Assembly: GCA_009103225.1 (NCBI GenBank)
Contig: RHPI01002368.1
Location: 74,841 to 138,840, forward strand
Direction: 5' to 3'
Length of the DNA: 64,000 nucleotides
Source of the DNA: Chlorokybus atmophyticus
Taxonomy: Eukaryota > Plantae > Mesostigma and Chlorokybus algae
Each line of letters starts with the position of its first letter. The first letter of the stretch is position 1. This document shows positions 60,451-64,000 of the stretch, piece after piece. The position numbers and the translations under genes were made by a program. The notes under the pieces were generated by a model. It searched no databases, was not told where the DNA came from, and saw nothing but the letters and a program-made list of their open reading frames with translations.

Positions 60451-63400
60451 TCTCCAATTGATAGTCGAGTGCCGCCTATTTAGCTGATAGTGGCGCTGCC
60501 GCCTCTAACGCTGCCGCCGCCGGTTGGCCCGCCCGAATGTACGAGGCGCGAGAACGAAAATGAATCGGTTTTGAACGTCTAGTGTCCCGCACTAGAGTCG
60601 CACTTGTAGTGCGTCCTTGCTCCTATGGTTGATGGTACGACGTATGCATTCGTGCCATCCATGCTTCGTACAACCATTGGTAACAATGGTTGTGTCGTAA
60701 CATTTATGGTACGACAGAGGCATCTCTCGTCCAACCCCAGCCATTGCCGTACAATGGCTCTGTCGTACCATCCATGGTACGACAGAGGCATTGCTCGATC
60801 AGCCCATATGGGAGGTAGCGTGCACTCACCTAAACACGCTTCATTGATGGCCGGATGATGGCACGCAGGGGCATCAGGTCGATGACGGGTCGAGTGTCAG
60901 GCATAGTGGGCCTGGGTTCGACTAGGAGGCGAAGGACCAGGAGTCGGAGGCGGCGGCGGCGGCGGCGGCGTGGCACATCTTGCGAGAAGTTGTGGTCATA
61001 AGAGTTCAAGCAGCGAAGCCAGCTACTACCGGGCGCCACGTTATGGATCATGTCAGACGTCAGCAATGGGGCTGTCCAACATGCATCACCAACATTGGAC
61101 AAACCAGCAGGCAAGCCATTAAAGACCATCTGCACACAAAGAGCTGCTTGGTGGCGCGCTTTCTGCAACAAAGAGTGGATCATGAGCTGCAGTCCTTGGA
61201 GCCCCTTGTCAGAACCATGCGGGACCAATTGCGGCTGTGAGAACAAGCACAAAGGAATGCAGAGGTACGCTCAACACTCACATTGCATTTCCTTGCAAGA
61301 GCAATTTGCTTCTTAGCGCACTCCATGTGATATATGTAGCGTGGCTGCAGGCCTCCACTATTCACCCATACCCACCCTACAGTCAAGCCGACATTGCGGA
61401 AGCCAGAGCACATAGACAGAGCTGGGCAGCGGTATGTTGTTGCCAATCTCGCTGCATGTTGACTGCATGCACCTCCTATGCATGCCTACCTTTACATGCT
61501 AGGATGTGCGTGAGCGTGCGAAGTCGCGCGCGCGTGCCGAACGAAGTAGGTTGGGTTTTAGCACACGAGCGCGTGGCCATTTCTCCGGCATTCAACAAAA
61601 AGCGCGTCAACCAGCAATGACGCGGTCCATGCAATCATTCGTGCTTCCACCAGCAATGCCGCAGGTGACTGCTCGAAGCAACCAACTAATGACGGTGTGA
61701 CGCAGTTGACTATTGCAATTGCAGTGTCGCAAGCATGCAGCTAACCCACATGTGATTGGTTGACAGCACCACAGTGCACTAGGTCCTGTTGGAGCTCCTA
61801 TGCAAGCCTGGATTCAATCCCATCAACTGGTCCTTCAATCCCACTTGCTGATGGGCGCGGCGGCAATGCGGCATTAGTTTAACATGCATGTTGGCCTGTT
61901 GAATCCCGACATGTCCATTGGGGCAGTGGCGCATAATGTGCCCATGGCTCACGAGCTCCGTAACGAGTCTGCGATCGAGGGTGGCGGGGAGAGTGCACCC
62001 AATACCACCTTGTCAGCCCCCATGGCTTCCCCTGCTCCATGCAGCCCATTGAGGTAAGTCGCTGTCTTTTATGCTCGTGCCTTGGTAGCAATGCGTCAGG
62101 CACTGCATAAGCTTATATTCGTCCTTTGCAACATTGTGAGCCATCTTATCCTGGGTCCTGTATACAGCCCCCCTTGCTGCATGCACAAGTGGTCTCACCT
62201 GCCGCTCCTGCTCCCCTCGCAGCCAGAGCGCAACCACCTTCCGCGGCACCAGTCCTTCATGCACTGCCATCTCCTCCAGGAGCAGCACCGGTGATTGGGG
62301 GGCAACAATCCTTCTTGCCGCCACCGGCGAGACCACAGCACAATGCAACAACCGATGTGGCTTCTGCACCTACCTTACCCCACCCGCTGCAAGTTGAAGC
62401 CGGCAGTCTGCCCCATACTCAGGTACTTTATGAGTCACTGTGACTCTTGCCGTCCACAGTTAAACACACCATTTCACATGGCTTTTTACGCGCGGACCAG
62501 TCGTACGCGGCGCGCAGACCATGTCTGGTACGTCGTTGCGTTGCAGTGCCGCAACTGGTCCAGCGTAATCAAACCACCGGTGGTCCGGCCCCTGAGCCCG
62601 CCGGCATGGTCCGATTAACCGGACCAGGGCTGATCGCTCGCCTCTCGGTCTGCAAACCAGTGAACCACTGGTGCAGCCGGAGTCCGTACGGCAGGACCAG
62701 GGCTGGTCGCGGCCCCCGCGGCTTGCGAATCAGAGCAGCACCGGTCCGGTACCATGGCGGTCGCTAGCGCATCAGGTATGGTACGTTGACCGGGCATTGC
62801 AATCTGCAACTCACTACAAACTGCACCGCTGACTCAGATTGGATTGAGCGTACGTCAGCAAAATGCGCAAGCAGCTTGCGCACTCTGCTAGCATTGTAGT
62901 TATCCGCGCTTGCGGACATACCATTGGATTTTGATGAGCTGTCGTTGTTGGTGCTGCGGTCCAGCTAGGGGCGGCGGCGGCGGCGGCGGCGGTGGTGCGG
63001 GCGAGAGCGGTGGGTTGTTTGTTGAGGCTTGATGCGCTGCTTCTAGCAGCCAAAGCGATTATAAAACGTAGCATTGCTGCTGTAGTCTTTCTGCAAGCAT
63101 GCGCAATGTTGCAGCGGCCGCTGCTACTGCTGGCTCTGTTGTTGATGTTGCGGCTGTTTTGGCTTGCTAACAATGAGGTTGAAATGGGTGAAGCTCTTGT
63201 TTGACATCTCTTGTGTGACCGTCAGCAATTGTTCTTGCTGTTGTAAGTGCTGCTTCTTCAAATGTCCCGTGCATGAGGTGTTGCTTTGGCATGCGTTTGC
63301 TTTGGCATGCGTTTGCTTTGTGAATAATTGATGAATTTGCTGGTGCACTACTATGGTTGTGGTTGTGAAGCATACATGTCTTTCAGCTTGTACAGCTAGA

Positions 63401-64000
63401 CCAAGTCAGTAGCTAGTCGCTGCTAGTTTGGTCACGAGTTCTTAGTTAGTGCAACCGCGCATGCATGTTAATTTACAAGCAGAAGCTGCGTGCCTTGTGC
63501 TCGCAGCTGTGCATTGCCCAAATCAACTGGTCCTTGCCGCAATTTTGAAGGCTTGCATGATCGCTACAGTGCAAGCTGATATGCGAATTCATGCAAGTGG
63601 TTGCTCAAGTGAAGTGCTGCCAACCAGAAGCTGCTTGGTGGAGAAGGCATGGATGGTGCCTTCACCGAGCAGCTGGCATGCAACGCCTGCTTGAAGGTGC
63701 CGTGAGAGTAAACATGTGTGCTTGAAATACACCCACACAAAGCTTGCTGGCGTGCATGTGTGTGCGCATGGTTATACGTGTGTATGCATGTATGCTTGGT
63801 TCGTTCATGTGTGTGCATGCGCGTGCCTATGCGTGTGTACACATGACTGTTTGAGCACGTACACACACATGTGGTTAAGACAGTCACAGGTGATCCGGGG
63901 CGTTACTGTTGGCGGGTGGAGCCCAATGCTGCTCTGCTCAGGGCGCGGGACTGGGGGCGCTGCAAGTAGGTGCACCTGCTGGACCTAAGGTGAGCGGAGG

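Noticed and set aside
60578-60600. TCTAGTG-N5-CACTAGA stem as a Helitron 3' end
   Set aside because: Hairpin and CTAG geometry do not fit, and no Rep/helicase or 5' TC end was found

Overview
Eukaryotic genomic DNA with GT-AG introns, CA/GA microsatellites, N gaps, and secreted Pro-rich proteins carrying an RRLL motif. This pattern suggests a green alga, but that is an inference. The window is TE-rich and most host genes look decayed. Its main feature is a 22.4 kb CACTA/EnSpm-type DNA transposon (8737-31134) with CACCGG-type TIRs and a TAA target-site duplication, supported by an uninterrupted paralogue of the target at about 32005. The element holds four spliced genes in two divergent pairs: (1) a degenerate TnpA-like gene; (2) a novel-repeat/OTU deubiquitinase/retroelement Gag-like gene; (3) a Cys/His-rich + Tudor-like + compact prokaryote/phage-like C5 cytosine methyltransferase gene; (4) a transposase predicted to splice in frame to an NSD-type PHD-C5HCH module and a Ulp1 SUMO protease. 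This looks like a DNA transposon with its own chromatin reading, writing and erasing kit. This copy carries stops, frameshifts and a catalytic D-to-G change. The rest of the window holds two divergent CBM14 chitin-binding genes (one with two malectin domains), a papain-extensin pseudogene, Ty1/copia debris, a second canonical CACTA element (44027-49281, TSD TGA) inserted into an LRR exon, an inverted pair of LRR/Pro-rich/PAN-like pseudogenes, and an unassigned gene. All domain calls are by eye from motifs; no database searches were run.
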